A DNA stretch of 64,000 bases from a virus: IMG/VR virus record IMGVR_UViG_3300027754_005993, positions 1-64,000 of that record. One strand, 5' to 3'. Positions 8,910 to 16,397 of this stretch are shown one piece after another (position 1 is the first letter of the stretch; each line of letters starts with the position of its first letter). Under the pieces are notes generated by a model. It did not search any database. It was not told the origin of the DNA and saw only the letters and a list, made by a program, of their open reading frames with translations. A program made the position numbers and the translations under genes.

Positions 8910-8928
8910 AGGTATAAAGGGACAATAA

Positions 8929-9582
8929 ATGAAAAACTATTCTAAAAATTATTTTAAGACAAAATTCACTCAAGATGTTCTGGGTGAAGAAGTTGACAAT
9001 TCAACAAAAATCTTGATTAATGACGCAATTACTAAACATAATAATATCAACGAGGGATATAATCCTTACGGTCGTGATCGTGGTTCAGTAACTACAGACG
9101 CGCGAGTTGAATATATTAAAGAATTTACTAATTTTATCCGAAAGGAAATAGGAGATTCTGATATATCATGGACAACTGCTAAATCCATTCATAACGAATT
9201 GCTTGAACAATCAAATCAAAATTTAGTGAATTCATCCTATGTTTTTAATTTTATGGATTTTATAAACTCAGAAACAACAAAAAATTTATTTGAAAATGAA
9301 CAACATGAAGAAAAGAAAGCTTCGTTTAAAGACGATTTAAACGAATCCATTGATATGGGTGTAAGAAAACCAGATGAAATTGTATTGACATCGCATGGTG
9401 ATAATTTTTCTAGAAGAGATATACTGCATAACGCAGCGAATAATCTTGAACATCATATGAATAAACCCATAAATCAAAGAAGTAAGACTGATACGCATAA
9501 GCTTATAGCAACAATGAAACGATATTTGCCATCCGATAATGTTGCTGCTCTGATCCACAAGCATTTTCCAAATCAGAACTAA
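8929..9582 (+). CDS. Late protein, possible head/core-associated protein
   Basis: Late promoter upstream; several [IL]-x-E sites (INE, LLE, LFE, LNE) and internal ASFKDDLNE resembling the tag. Confidence 0.55.
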   Translation: MKNYSKNYFKTKFTQDVLGEEVDNSTKILINDAITKHNNINEGYNPYGRDRGSVTTDARVEYIKEFTNFIRKEIGDSDISWTTAKSIHNELLEQSNQNLVNSSYVFNFMDFINSETTKNLFENEQHEEKKASFKDDLNESIDMGVRKPDEIVLTSHGDNFSRRDILHNAANNLEHHMNKPINQRSKTDTHKLIATMKRYLPSDNVAALIHKHFPNQN

Positions 9583-9596
9583 AGAAAAATAACTAG

Positions 9597-10052
9597 TTAA
9601 CCGAAACACCCAAACTTAACAGGTTTGGGTGTTTTCTTTAAAGGCATGGTAGCTTCAGTCGGAGTCTTATCACCCTTTTTCCGATTGCACTTTAGGCAGC
9701 AAGTCACGACATTCTTCCACTCATGTTTTCCTCCACGGCAACGGGGAATAACATGATCTATTGTTGCTGTATCGGAATCTAACTTGACAGAACAATATTG
9801 GCAGGTATAATCATCACGCTTAAATACATTCTTGCGTGACGAACTTATTTCCTTATATGGAATATTCACATATTTTTTTAAAGCGAGGTGGAGCGGTAGT
9901 TTGAATATACCACTACTGGTACGGATCTCAGCAAACTCGTCTTCTGTGCAGGGGGAAACTTTTCCCTTGAGCAGCAAAACAACAGCGTGCTTCCAATCTA
10001 TTTCCAGTAATTTCTGGTACGATACATTATATAAAGAAATTGATTTTATCAT
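9597..10052 (-). CDS. HNH endonuclease
   Basis: RDDYTCQYC...TIDHVIPRCRGG...WKNVVTCCLKCNRKKG; minus-strand TATAAATA at 10059-10066. Confidence 0.92.
   Translation of the reverse strand: MIKSISLYNVSYQKLLEIDWKHAVVLLLKGKVSPCTEDEFAEIRTSSGIFKLPLHLALKKYVNIPYKEISSSRKNVFKRDDYTCQYCSVKLDSDTATIDHVIPRCRGGKHEWKNVVTCCLKCNRKKGDKTPTEATMPLKKTPKPVKFGCFG
9604..9639 (+). terminator. Hairpin closing the tagged-gene operon
   Basis: Perfect 12-bp stem aaacacccaaac/gtttgggtgttt followed by tcttt, inside the 3' end of the convergent HNH gene. Confidence 0.6.
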
Positions 10053-10068
10053 ACCTCATATTTATATG

Positions 10069-10097
10069 TTGACATACATACTGCTGTGTGGTATAAT
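10069..10097 (+). promoter_or_regulatory. sigma70-type early promoter
   Basis: TTGACA-17 nt-TATAAT with extended -10 TG. Confidence 0.8.
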
Positions 10098-10115
10098 AGA
10101 AAAACTGGAGCAAAT

Positions 10116-10400
10116 ATGAACGACGAAAAATATGTTTATTATAAAGTAAATTTCAAATCTCCAAATATTTTATCCATCGACGATGATGAGGATTGGGAAG
10201 ATCTTGAAGAAGATACCCATTCCGATGATAATCTAGATGAAGAAGATGAAGATCTTGACGAAGATGACGACGACGATGAAGAAAATTGGGATGACGATCT
10301 AGACGACGACGAAGATGATTGGGATGATGAGGATGAGGATTGGGAAGATGATGAAGAAGACGAAGATGATGAAGATGATGAAGAAGATCCACTTGGATGA
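10116..10400 (+). CDS. Extremely acidic D/E/W-rich small protein (DNA-mimic candidate)
   Basis: ggag RBS before ATG 10116; the C-terminal ~70 aa are almost all D/E with periodic W/L. Confidence 0.7.
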   Translation: MNDEKYVYYKVNFKSPNILSIDDDEDWEDLEEDTHSDDNLDEEDEDLDEDDDDDEENWDDDLDDDEDDWDDEDEDWEDDEEDEDDEDDEEDPLG

Positions 10401-10621
10401 AACCAAAGTTGACTGTCTCAGATCAAATTGCTGCATGTTATGACTATGTTGAACTTGCAGAGTTTTCTGCAACGAGTGGTGATTTGCAAAACAGCAATCA
10501 TCATTTTAAACGAGCAACAGACATAGCAATTTATTTGCTAGATACTTACAACTCTGGAACATTCTTGGACGAAGAATATAACTTTTTAAGACAAATCTCA
10601 AAACATTTTAAGGATTATTGA
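10397..10621 (+). CDS. Hypothetical protein
   Basis: ORF with ATGA overlap in the early operon. Confidence 0.65.
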   Translation: MKPKLTVSDQIAACYDYVELAEFSATSGDLQNSNHHFKRATDIAIYLLDTYNSGTFLDEEYNFLRQISKHFKDY

Positions 10622-11005
10622 ATGCGTGACAATACAATTGAAGTTTTTATCAATGAAGATTATGGATACCGCAAGCATATTTGGCATCCAAATATGACAG
10701 AAGAAGAATTTATCTCTTGGTGGGAGAATCTTGCAGATTCAGATATCATCAAGTATTTCTTCAACATCAACTCTCTTCCAGGAACCTTGAAGAAATATGT
10801 TGATAAGAATCCAGTTGGAAACTCTCTCCAACGAGAATTTGGAGATCCTAAGTCTCATCGTCCATATTACTATTGTCATTTCCATGATATACACGATTCG
10901 TATATCTCAATTGGAAATAATGTCTACAAGTTTCGCAGTCGTATGAGATACGACTGGAAGGAACATTGGTTAGATTATCAACTTAAGAAACCCGTTAAGG
11001 TTTAA
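10622..11005 (+). CDS. Hypothetical protein
   Basis: Abutting ORF, aromatic-rich. Confidence 0.65.
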   Translation: MRDNTIEVFINEDYGYRKHIWHPNMTEEEFISWWENLADSDIIKYFFNINSLPGTLKKYVDKNPVGNSLQREFGDPKSHRPYYYCHFHDIHDSYISIGNNVYKFRSRMRYDWKEHWLDYQLKKPVKV

Positions 11006-11247
11006 GCTAAGAATCCAAGAACATTTCCACCAATTGGTGTGATTGAAGAACAACTTATTGGATAGATTGTTCCAGCAGCACCCACAGCAATCGTCAACGG
11101 CAATCCACCTGTAAATGGTGCAGTTGCTCCATAAACGAACGGAGAAGTAATAGTTGCACTGGTCGCGCTTATAACTTGAAATCCAATAAATCCACTAGAA
11201 CTACCAGTGGTTGTAATTAACTTTGCTTTCTTGTAGGCTTCAGCCAT
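11002..11247 (-). CDS. Small Gly/Thr-rich putative virion protein
   Basis: ggag RBS; GAT/FTGG composition like the structural proteins. Confidence 0.55.
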   Translation of the reverse strand: MAEAYKKAKLITTTGSSSGFIGFQVISATSATITSPFVYGATAPFTGGLPLTIAVGAAGTIYPISCSSITPIGGNVLGFLA

Positions 11248-11345
11248 TATTTAATCTCCATTTATAAATATGTATATGAAAAATAAGAATCTGGGTGGAA
11301 AACATTGGGCAGAACTTGATTTCAAGGTAGCAAGCGACTATACTT

Positions 11346-11876
11346 ATGGTAGTCCTGAATACTATAGAACATTATTGCGGCAAATGTCAGGAATGTCAAA
11401 ACTTTTACCAGGAGAATCCAGTGAGAATACAAAACAAACAAGACCTCAACAGACCAGCTCTAATAAAGTTTCTAACAGAAGGTATATGTGAGATATCTTT
11501 TACTAAAGTGAAAGATGGTACTACTAGAATGATGTATTGCACATTACATCCAAATATTATACCTTCAAAATATACAATCACAACTCAAAAATTAATAACT
11601 GAAACTAATCCACCAGATTCAGATCTACTTCCAATTTGGGATGTTGTTGAAGGAAAATGGAAAAGTTTTAGAATTTCTAAAGCTGTTTATTTCTTAACAC
11701 ATGACGAGTTGACGGATGAAAATCCTAATGGGCAAAGCACCGAATCCAAAGATGCTAAAAATATAAAGAATAGAACAAAACAAGTCATGAAATCCTTTGA
11801 AGAACGAGTCAGTCTTCTTAAGGAAAAAGCAGCGCAGGCCAAACTTAATATTACTGGAGATAACAATGAAGATTAA
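11346..11876 (+). CDS. WYL_2/SH3-like beta-barrel protein
   Basis: FTKVKDGTTRMMYCTL...IWDVVEGKWKSFR motif. Confidence 0.7.
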   Translation: MVVLNTIEHYCGKCQECQNFYQENPVRIQNKQDLNRPALIKFLTEGICEISFTKVKDGTTRMMYCTLHPNIIPSKYTITTQKLITETNPPDSDLLPIWDVVEGKWKSFRISKAVYFLTHDELTDENPNGQSTESKDAKNIKNRTKQVMKSFEERVSLLKEKAAQAKLNITGDNNED

Positions 11877-11984
11877 GCGCAATTTTAGTCACAGCGGAAA
11901 TCGTAAGTTTAAACAAGAACTGTATCAGAAGACGGTACATCGTAAACAGAACATCAAGGGTAATGCTAACAAAAAGGATTCATA

Positions 11985-12152
11985 ATGGCAAATACAACTG
12001 ATCGTGAAGCAGCATACAAACATCGTGTCAAGAAGCGTAAGTGGACTGCAAAGAATCAATCAATGCTTGCCAACGCAAAGAAGAAGACTCTAGAAGAATT
12101 GTATAAGCAAGACCGTCTTCCGAAATTCCTCTATCACCGACTTGGACTATGA
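11985..12152 (+). CDS. Small basic protein (55 aa, not in ORF track)
   Basis: MANTTDREAAYKHRVKKRK...HRLGL; aagga RBS; overlaps both neighbours. Confidence 0.55.
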   Translation: MANTTDREAAYKHRVKKRKWTAKNQSMLANAKKKTLEELYKQDRLPKFLYHRLGL

Positions 12153-12667
12153 ACATATTCATTCTTGATGAAGATCCGTGTATCTCCGCACAGATGATGT
12201 GCGATAAACATATAGTTAAGATGATTGTGGAGGGCTGTCAGATGCTCTCCACGAATCATCGTCTATCTGGCAGTCATAATGTCTATACCATTCCTGTAAA
12301 TCTATACAAGCAAGCATTTGCCAATCATCCTTGCACGGTATGGGCAAGGCAAACCAAAGAGAACTATATGTGGTTGGCAGATCATACACTTGAACTCTGC
12401 CATGAATACACACGAAGGTACAATAGAGTACATTCTTGTGAAGACATGTCTGTTTGGTTCTCCAAGTATTATCCGCTCAGGACTCCTGATGGAGACTTGA
12501 CCCCATTCGCACAGGCAATGCCAGATGAATTTAAAGTTCATGGGGATGGTGTATCTGCGTATCGTAAATATTATATTGGGGTAAAGTCCAAGTTTGCCAA
12601 ATGGAAATATACAAAAATTCCAGATTGGTACACAGAGGGCTTGACAAACGCTCCAGTTTTGGTATAA
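12149..12667 (+). CDS. Pyrimidine dimer DNA glycosylase/endonuclease V family
   Basis: MNIFILDEDP...DKHIVKMIVE..QMLST...NHPCTVW...AQAMP..YRKYY family signature. Confidence 0.85.
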   Translation: MNIFILDEDPCISAQMMCDKHIVKMIVEGCQMLSTNHRLSGSHNVYTIPVNLYKQAFANHPCTVWARQTKENYMWLADHTLELCHEYTRRYNRVHSCEDMSVWFSKYYPLRTPDGDLTPFAQAMPDEFKVHGDGVSAYRKYYIGVKSKFAKWKYTKIPDWYTEGLTNAPVLV

Positions 12668-12668
12668 T
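12641..12668 (+). promoter_or_regulatory. sigma70-type promoter
   Basis: TTGACA-16 nt-TATAAT, extended -10. Confidence 0.7.
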
Positions 12669-12891
12669 ATGCGTATGTACTGGAAGAGTTACTCTTCCCA
12701 AATAATATAAAGGATTTAAATTATGATAAATATTTAAAAATGTCAGGTTAGATTTTGTATATTATTATAATGTAATGAGTTTGATGATTTAGAGAAAATC
12801 ATCATTGCGCATCCTTATAGTTTCTAATACGCTCTTACATACGAAACTAGGCGTTAAACATACGGGGGACTCGCCACCCCCTGTTTCTTTT

Positions 12892-12963
12892 GCCCCCATA
12901 ACTCAGCGGTAGAGTAGTAGCCTTTTAAGCTAACGGTCGTAGGTTCAATCCCTGCTGGGGGTA
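12892..12963 (+). tRNA. tRNA-Lys(UUU)
   Basis: Acceptor GCCCCCA/TGGGGGT, anticodon loop CT-TTT-AA, GGTTCAATCC T-arm. Confidence 0.9.
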
Positions 12964-12964
12964 T

Positions 12965-12972
12965 TATAAATA
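12965..12972 (+). promoter_or_regulatory. T4-type late promoter TATAAATA upstream of tRNA-Gly
   Basis: Exact consensus 7 nt before the tRNA start. Confidence 0.5.
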
Positions 12973-12979
12973 AGTATAT

Positions 12980-13050
12980 GCGGGATTAGCATATTGGTGA
13001 TGTCCTGGTTTTCCAAACCAGTTAAACGGGTTCGATTCCCGTATTCCGCT
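12980..13050 (+). tRNA. tRNA-Gly(UCC)
   Basis: Anticodon arm CTGGT-TT-TCC-AA-ACCAG; GGTTCGATTCC; acceptor GCGGGAT/ATTCCGC. Confidence 0.9.
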
Positions 13051-13051
13051 T

Positions 13052-13228
13052 ATGAGTAATGACAGAAGACATTCAGCAGGAAAAGGCGATAGACCCAGAC
13101 CTATTGACTACCAAAAGTGGTCTGATAACTGGGATAATATCTTTGGTAAAAAAGGAGAATCCAATGGCAAGCGAAGCAGAAGTAAAGTTCTACATAGAAA
13201 GAAGAAACAAACTCCGAGAGATTCTTGA
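13052..13228 (+). CDS. Small conserved phage protein (GKGDxPRP...NWDxIF family)
   Basis: MSNDRRHSAGKGDRPRPIDYQKWSDNWDNIFGKK; alternative frame to the listed 13059 ORF. Confidence 0.55.
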   Translation: MSNDRRHSAGKGDRPRPIDYQKWSDNWDNIFGKKGESNGKRSRSKVLHRKKKQTPRDS

Positions 13229-13292
13229 TAATATTAACGATGAAAATGAATATCGCAAGTTGTTGGATTCTAATAAAAACGGAGCAGACTAG
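13164..13292 (+). CDS. Small hypothetical protein
   Basis: aggag RBS before ATG 13164 (MASEAEVKF...). Confidence 0.5.
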   Translation: MASEAEVKFYIERRNKLREILDNINDENEYRKLLDSNKNGAD

Positions 13293-13448
13293 TGGAAGAC
13301 GATACCAATAAAATAATTCAAGATATGATCTATGAAGTAAGAATGCTTACTGGAATTGTATTTCTTAACTTTTTAGTGACTGTTGTAATTGCTGGTGGTA
13401 TTATTGGTGTGTATTGGTTCTCTTCTAAATAAGTGTAGGAGATAAACA

Positions 13449-13628
13449 ATGAATGAGGTAAAACCAGGAACAAAAACAACTGAGTTTTGGATGGCCCTTG
13501 CTCCCGTATTCATGGGATTGATTGAGGGAAGAAACGATCCTGAAATTTTGAAATACATTATAGTATGCTCTTCCTGTCTTGGAGGATTGTATATCGTCAG
13601 CAGAACGCTGGTGAAATGGAAAAAGTAA
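13449..13628 (+). CDS. Small two-helix membrane protein, holin-like
   Basis: MNEVKPGTKTTEFW...LYIVSRTLVK, aggag RBS; not in ORF track (59 aa). Confidence 0.55.
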   Translation: MNEVKPGTKTTEFWMALAPVFMGLIEGRNDPEILKYIIVCSSCLGGLYIVSRTLVKWKK

Positions 13629-13852
13629 AACTGCTCGTTTTACTTTTTGTTATTTTAATCCCGTGGAATTCCACGGCATTGACCAGTCTTTTAATACCAC
13701 CCAGGATTCGCATAACTACTAATATACCTCATACGGCAATATGTAAAATGGAAATCCAAAATGGTAGATAAACTCATAATCGTGTTTGCTTTCATTATGT
13801 TGATGGTAGGAGTTTATAGAGTATATAAAGCACTATATGAGGATTGAATATA

Positions 13853-14080
13853 ATGGCAAAAACACGCAAGGTTAAGGCGACAAAAAAGAACACTGAGATA
13901 TATGAATTGCGTAACGAGATTTCTCAACTCAATCAAGAGAATTCTCAACTTAAGCGACAATTAATTGATATGACAAATGCTTGGAAATCGGTTAGATCAA
14001 TGTTGAATGCTTTGGAGAACTCAAATGATTCCAGAAGAAGAAATAACAATACGAATCAACAAGAAAAATTGGAAGATTAA
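13853..14080 (+). CDS. Coiled-coil hypothetical protein
   Basis: Heptad pattern LRNEISQLNQENSQLKRQL. Confidence 0.6.
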   Translation: MAKTRKVKATKKNTEIYELRNEISQLNQENSQLKRQLIDMTNAWKSVRSMLNALENSNDSRRRNNNTNQQEKLED

Positions 14081-14321
14081 AATTGTAAAATCAACAGAAC
14101 TTTCCTCAACAACTTGTGGGGAATGTGATGATCCCAAATATGCTAAACCAGAGATTTGGGTTAAGAGAAGTCTCAAACCAATTGATCTCATGGATACAGT
14201 AATACATGAAGTGCTTCATGCTATTCGTCCAGAGTTATCTGAAGAAGCAGTTCTGGAAACAGGAACTACTATAGCAAAAGCATTGTGGAAGCTAAACTAT
14301 CGCAAGCAGCCTAAAGAGTGA
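14025..14321 (+). CDS. Small zincin-like (HExxH) protein
   Basis: DTVIHEVLHA...EEAV motif. Confidence 0.7.
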   Translation: MIPEEEITIRINKKNWKIKIVKSTELSSTTCGECDDPKYAKPEIWVKRSLKPIDLMDTVIHEVLHAIRPELSEEAVLETGTTIAKALWKLNYRKQPKE

Positions 14322-14346
14322 GCTAATAGCTCGCTCTTATTTTTTT
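14314..14346 (+). terminator. Intrinsic terminator
   Basis: aagagtgagct-aat-agctcgctctt stem then a U-tract. Confidence 0.75.
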
Positions 14347-14399
14347 GGGTCTGAACTTTTAAGAACTTTAAAAAACTTTAAATACATCGTCCCAAGGGC

Positions 14400-14427
14400 T
14401 TGACTTCCTTGCCAGACTTGTTATAAT
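14400..14427 (+). promoter_or_regulatory. sigma70-type promoter
   Basis: TTGACT-16 nt-TATAAT with TG. Confidence 0.7.
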
Positions 14428-14508
14428 ATACACAGTTAACCGAACAACAAGTGACTCAGGTAGTTCGGATGGTTCACGAGTCAAAGACAAGCAAAGGATT
14501 TTATCGTT

Positions 14509-14793
14509 ATGGCAAATACCAACACCCTCTCCAAGAAGCGTCAAGTCATCAATCATCTCTCCCGTGGTTGGGGTATCGACTCGCGCGAAGCAAAGACCAA
14601 GTACGGAGTGCAGAACCTCCGCGCTACCATGAGCGACATTCGTGAGCAGGTCGAGCAGTACGGGAATTGGGAGATTGAGTCTGTCGAGAACGGTAGCACC
14701 ACTCGCTACTTCATGCGCGATACTCACCCAGGTAGTCGTACCTATGGGTTCCGTAAGGACGGTTCGCGCTTCATGATCAGCAACAACGCTTGA
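14509..14793 (+). CDS. Winged-helix/HTH DNA-binding protein
   Basis: QVINHLSRG..IDSREAKTKYGVQNLRATMSDIR pattern; has its own promoter and terminator. Confidence 0.65.
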   Translation: MANTNTLSKKRQVINHLSRGWGIDSREAKTKYGVQNLRATMSDIREQVEQYGNWEIESVENGSTTRYFMRDTHPGSRTYGFRKDGSRFMISNNA

Positions 14794-14815
14794 TCGTAAC
14801 AACTTAATATTCGCG

Positions 14816-14847
14816 AAGGTGTGGCAGAAATGCCACACCTTTGTTTT
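14816..14847 (+). terminator. Intrinsic terminator
   Basis: aaggtgtggca-gaaa-tgccacacctt perfect 11-bp stem with GNRA loop plus tgtttt. Confidence 0.85.
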
Positions 14848-15216
14848 ATGACAGACTCTGATACAATCTTAAATTTCGCCTACCCTCTGTGTCTTGAAAT
14901 CAAGAGACAGAAGAAGCATCTATCTCTCATCTTTCATAAGAAGAAACTACTCTCTATTGGAAGAAATTGTTTCAAGACACATCCAGAAGCAAAGAAGATT
15001 GGATATCCATATGAAGAGATGCATTCTGAATTAGATGCTTATCAAAAACTTCCAAAGAAATATCGTGGGTTGAAGTTGATTCTTGTAAATGTAAGATTCA
15101 ATCGGTTTCGTCAACTTCGTATGTCAAGACCATGTGAACTATGTACTCCGTGGTGTCGTGAAGTGTTTGATTCTATATACTATACAGACAATGAAGGCAT
15201 TCAAAGAATGGAATAA
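14848..15216 (+). CDS. Cytidine/dCMP deaminase-superfamily protein
   Basis: MHSELDA...SRPCELC zinc motif; start placed at 14848 because 14821 lies in the terminator. Confidence 0.75.
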   Translation: MTDSDTILNFAYPLCLEIKRQKKHLSLIFHKKKLLSIGRNCFKTHPEAKKIGYPYEEMHSELDAYQKLPKKYRGLKLILVNVRFNRFRQLRMSRPCELCTPWCREVFDSIYYTDNEGIQRME

Positions 15217-15219
15217 CTC

Positions 15220-15717
15220 ATGAAAACTTTTAAAACATTTATAAATGAAGAACACGAATCTCCTATAATGCTTAGAGATGATGGACATTATGATGCCCAT
15301 GGTATTACTAATGAACACATTAAATGGTTGTCAACCGTACCCGAAGTATTAGCAGCAAAAGGTCCAGTGACTTTACAGATACCCCAGCATCTTTCACCTG
15401 TACCAAACTCATTGATTGGTCCTTCCACGGGACATCCCGCAGTTGAAGAAAGCCAAGTTCATTATGCAAATAGAGGTGGTGGAAGACCATATGACTCTCG
15501 TATGATTCATGGAAAAGCAACTCCTTCCAGAATGCTTACAGTAATCGCCAGACCCCACAAAGATACTGGCAAGCCTTTTTTGATTACAGCTTTTGGCGGA
15601 ACTCTTTCACCAAAGGAAGTAGATGATCCAACTCATACTCCAGAATCAAAATTAGAAGCACAAAAATTTTGGGCAGACCATGCCCTTCTGACTGGATCTG
15701 AAAAGGGTAACTCATGA
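15220..15717 (+). CDS. Dispersed tagged putative internal head protein
   Basis: Starts MKTFKTFINEE; His-rich. Confidence 0.65.
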   Translation: MKTFKTFINEEHESPIMLRDDGHYDAHGITNEHIKWLSTVPEVLAAKGPVTLQIPQHLSPVPNSLIGPSTGHPAVEESQVHYANRGGGRPYDSRMIHGKATPSRMLTVIARPHKDTGKPFLITAFGGTLSPKEVDDPTHTPESKLEAQKFWADHALLTGSEKGNS

Positions 15718-15866
15718 AATATGTACTAAAAGAAACAAAAGAAACTTGCGTGATCGTTGAAACCTTTACCGATTTATTTGGCGATGAAATGTGTAAGATT
15801 CAGACTGAGTCTGGTCAAATCATGGATGTTGCCAAAGAAGATCTTGTTCATTTTTTACAGGAGTGA
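15714..15866 (+). CDS. Small hypothetical protein (50 aa)
   Basis: MKYVLKETKETCVIVETF...; ATGA overlap. Confidence 0.5.
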   Translation: MKYVLKETKETCVIVETFTDLFGDEMCKIQTESGQIMDVAKEDLVHFLQE

Positions 15867-15868
15867 CT

Positions 15869-16144
15869 ATGCCCTACAGACTACACATTGACATTCCACT
15901 CAACATGAGTGAGGATGAAGCACGAACCGCCTCCATGCAAATTCTAGGACTTCTCGCTGAAGAAGATACTCAGGCAATCATTCTCAATGCCATTGGTGTT
16001 GAGGAGATTAATTATCGTCTTGGTCACGATGATGATCGTCAGAAAAGCAACTACATGCACAAGAATGACAATGGGCATGTGAACAATAAGAAATCCAAGA
16101 TTGTTGTTCCAAAGGTCTTGACAGACGATTCAAATCTGGTATAA
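15869..16144 (+). CDS. Hypothetical protein
   Basis: aggag RBS, MPYRLHIDIPL... Confidence 0.6.
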   Translation: MPYRLHIDIPLNMSEDEARTASMQILGLLAEEDTQAIILNAIGVEEINYRLGHDDDRQKSNYMHKNDNGHVNNKKSKIVVPKVLTDDSNLV

Positions 16145-16145
16145 T
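16118..16145 (+). promoter_or_regulatory. sigma70-type promoter for the tRNA cluster
   Basis: TTGACA-16 nt-TATAAT with TG, 9 nt before tRNA-Ile. Confidence 0.75.
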
Positions 16146-16154
16146 ATGTTTAAC

Positions 16155-16229
16155 GCGCCACGGGAGGTCTTGGTTATCTCAGCTCGACTTATAATCGAGT
16201 AAGACTTGGTTCGAATCCAAGGTGGCGTA
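16155..16229 (+). tRNA. tRNA-Ile(UAU)
   Basis: Acceptor GCGCCAC/GTGGCGT; anticodon arm CTCGA-CT-TAT-AA-TCGAG; GGTTCGAATCC. Confidence 0.85.
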
Positions 16230-16233
16230 TTAC

Positions 16234-16307
16234 GGTCCCATAGATTAGCAGGTTAAATCGTCAGGCTTTCAACCTGAAGATCGAGGGTTCGACTCCCTCT
16301 GGGATCA
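16234..16307 (+). tRNA. tRNA-Glu(UUC)
   Basis: TCAGG-CT-TTC-AA-CCTGA; acceptor GGTCCCA/TGGGATC. Confidence 0.9.
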
Positions 16308-16322
16308 CTATACATAAACTAT

Positions 16323-16395
16323 TCTCTGATAGCTCAGTTGGTAGAGCTGCGAGCTGTTAACTCGCATGTCACTGGTTCGAGTCCAGTTCAGAGAG
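16323..16395 (+). tRNA. tRNA-Asn(GUU)
   Basis: GCGAG-CT-GTT-AA-CTCGC; acceptor TCTCTGA/TCAGAGA. Confidence 0.92.
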
Positions 16396-16397
16396 TT

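Noticed and set aside
9597-10052. HNH gene as an intron-encoded homing endonuclease or as the mobiliser of the tagged cassettes
   Set aside because: Free-standing with no interrupted host gene or intron structure; adjacency to the array is the only link, so no role is claimed
10153-10392. His/Arg/Leu-rich minus-strand ORF
   Set aside because: Antisense translation of the GAT/GAA-rich acidic gene
11787-11825. In-frame atgaaatccttt (MKSFEERVSLLKE) inside the WYL_2-like gene as another tag
   Set aside because: Only 12 bp match, the spacing to [IL]xE is atypical and only a short tail follows; plausible by chance, though not excluded
13059-13163. N-terminal part of listed ORF 13059..13292
   Set aside because: The alternative frame 13052..13228 matches a recognisable small phage protein pattern, and a good RBS supports a start at 13164
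14368-14838. 156-aa minus-strand ORF
   Set aside because: Antisense shadow of the GC-rich HTH gene; it crosses that gene's promoter and terminator
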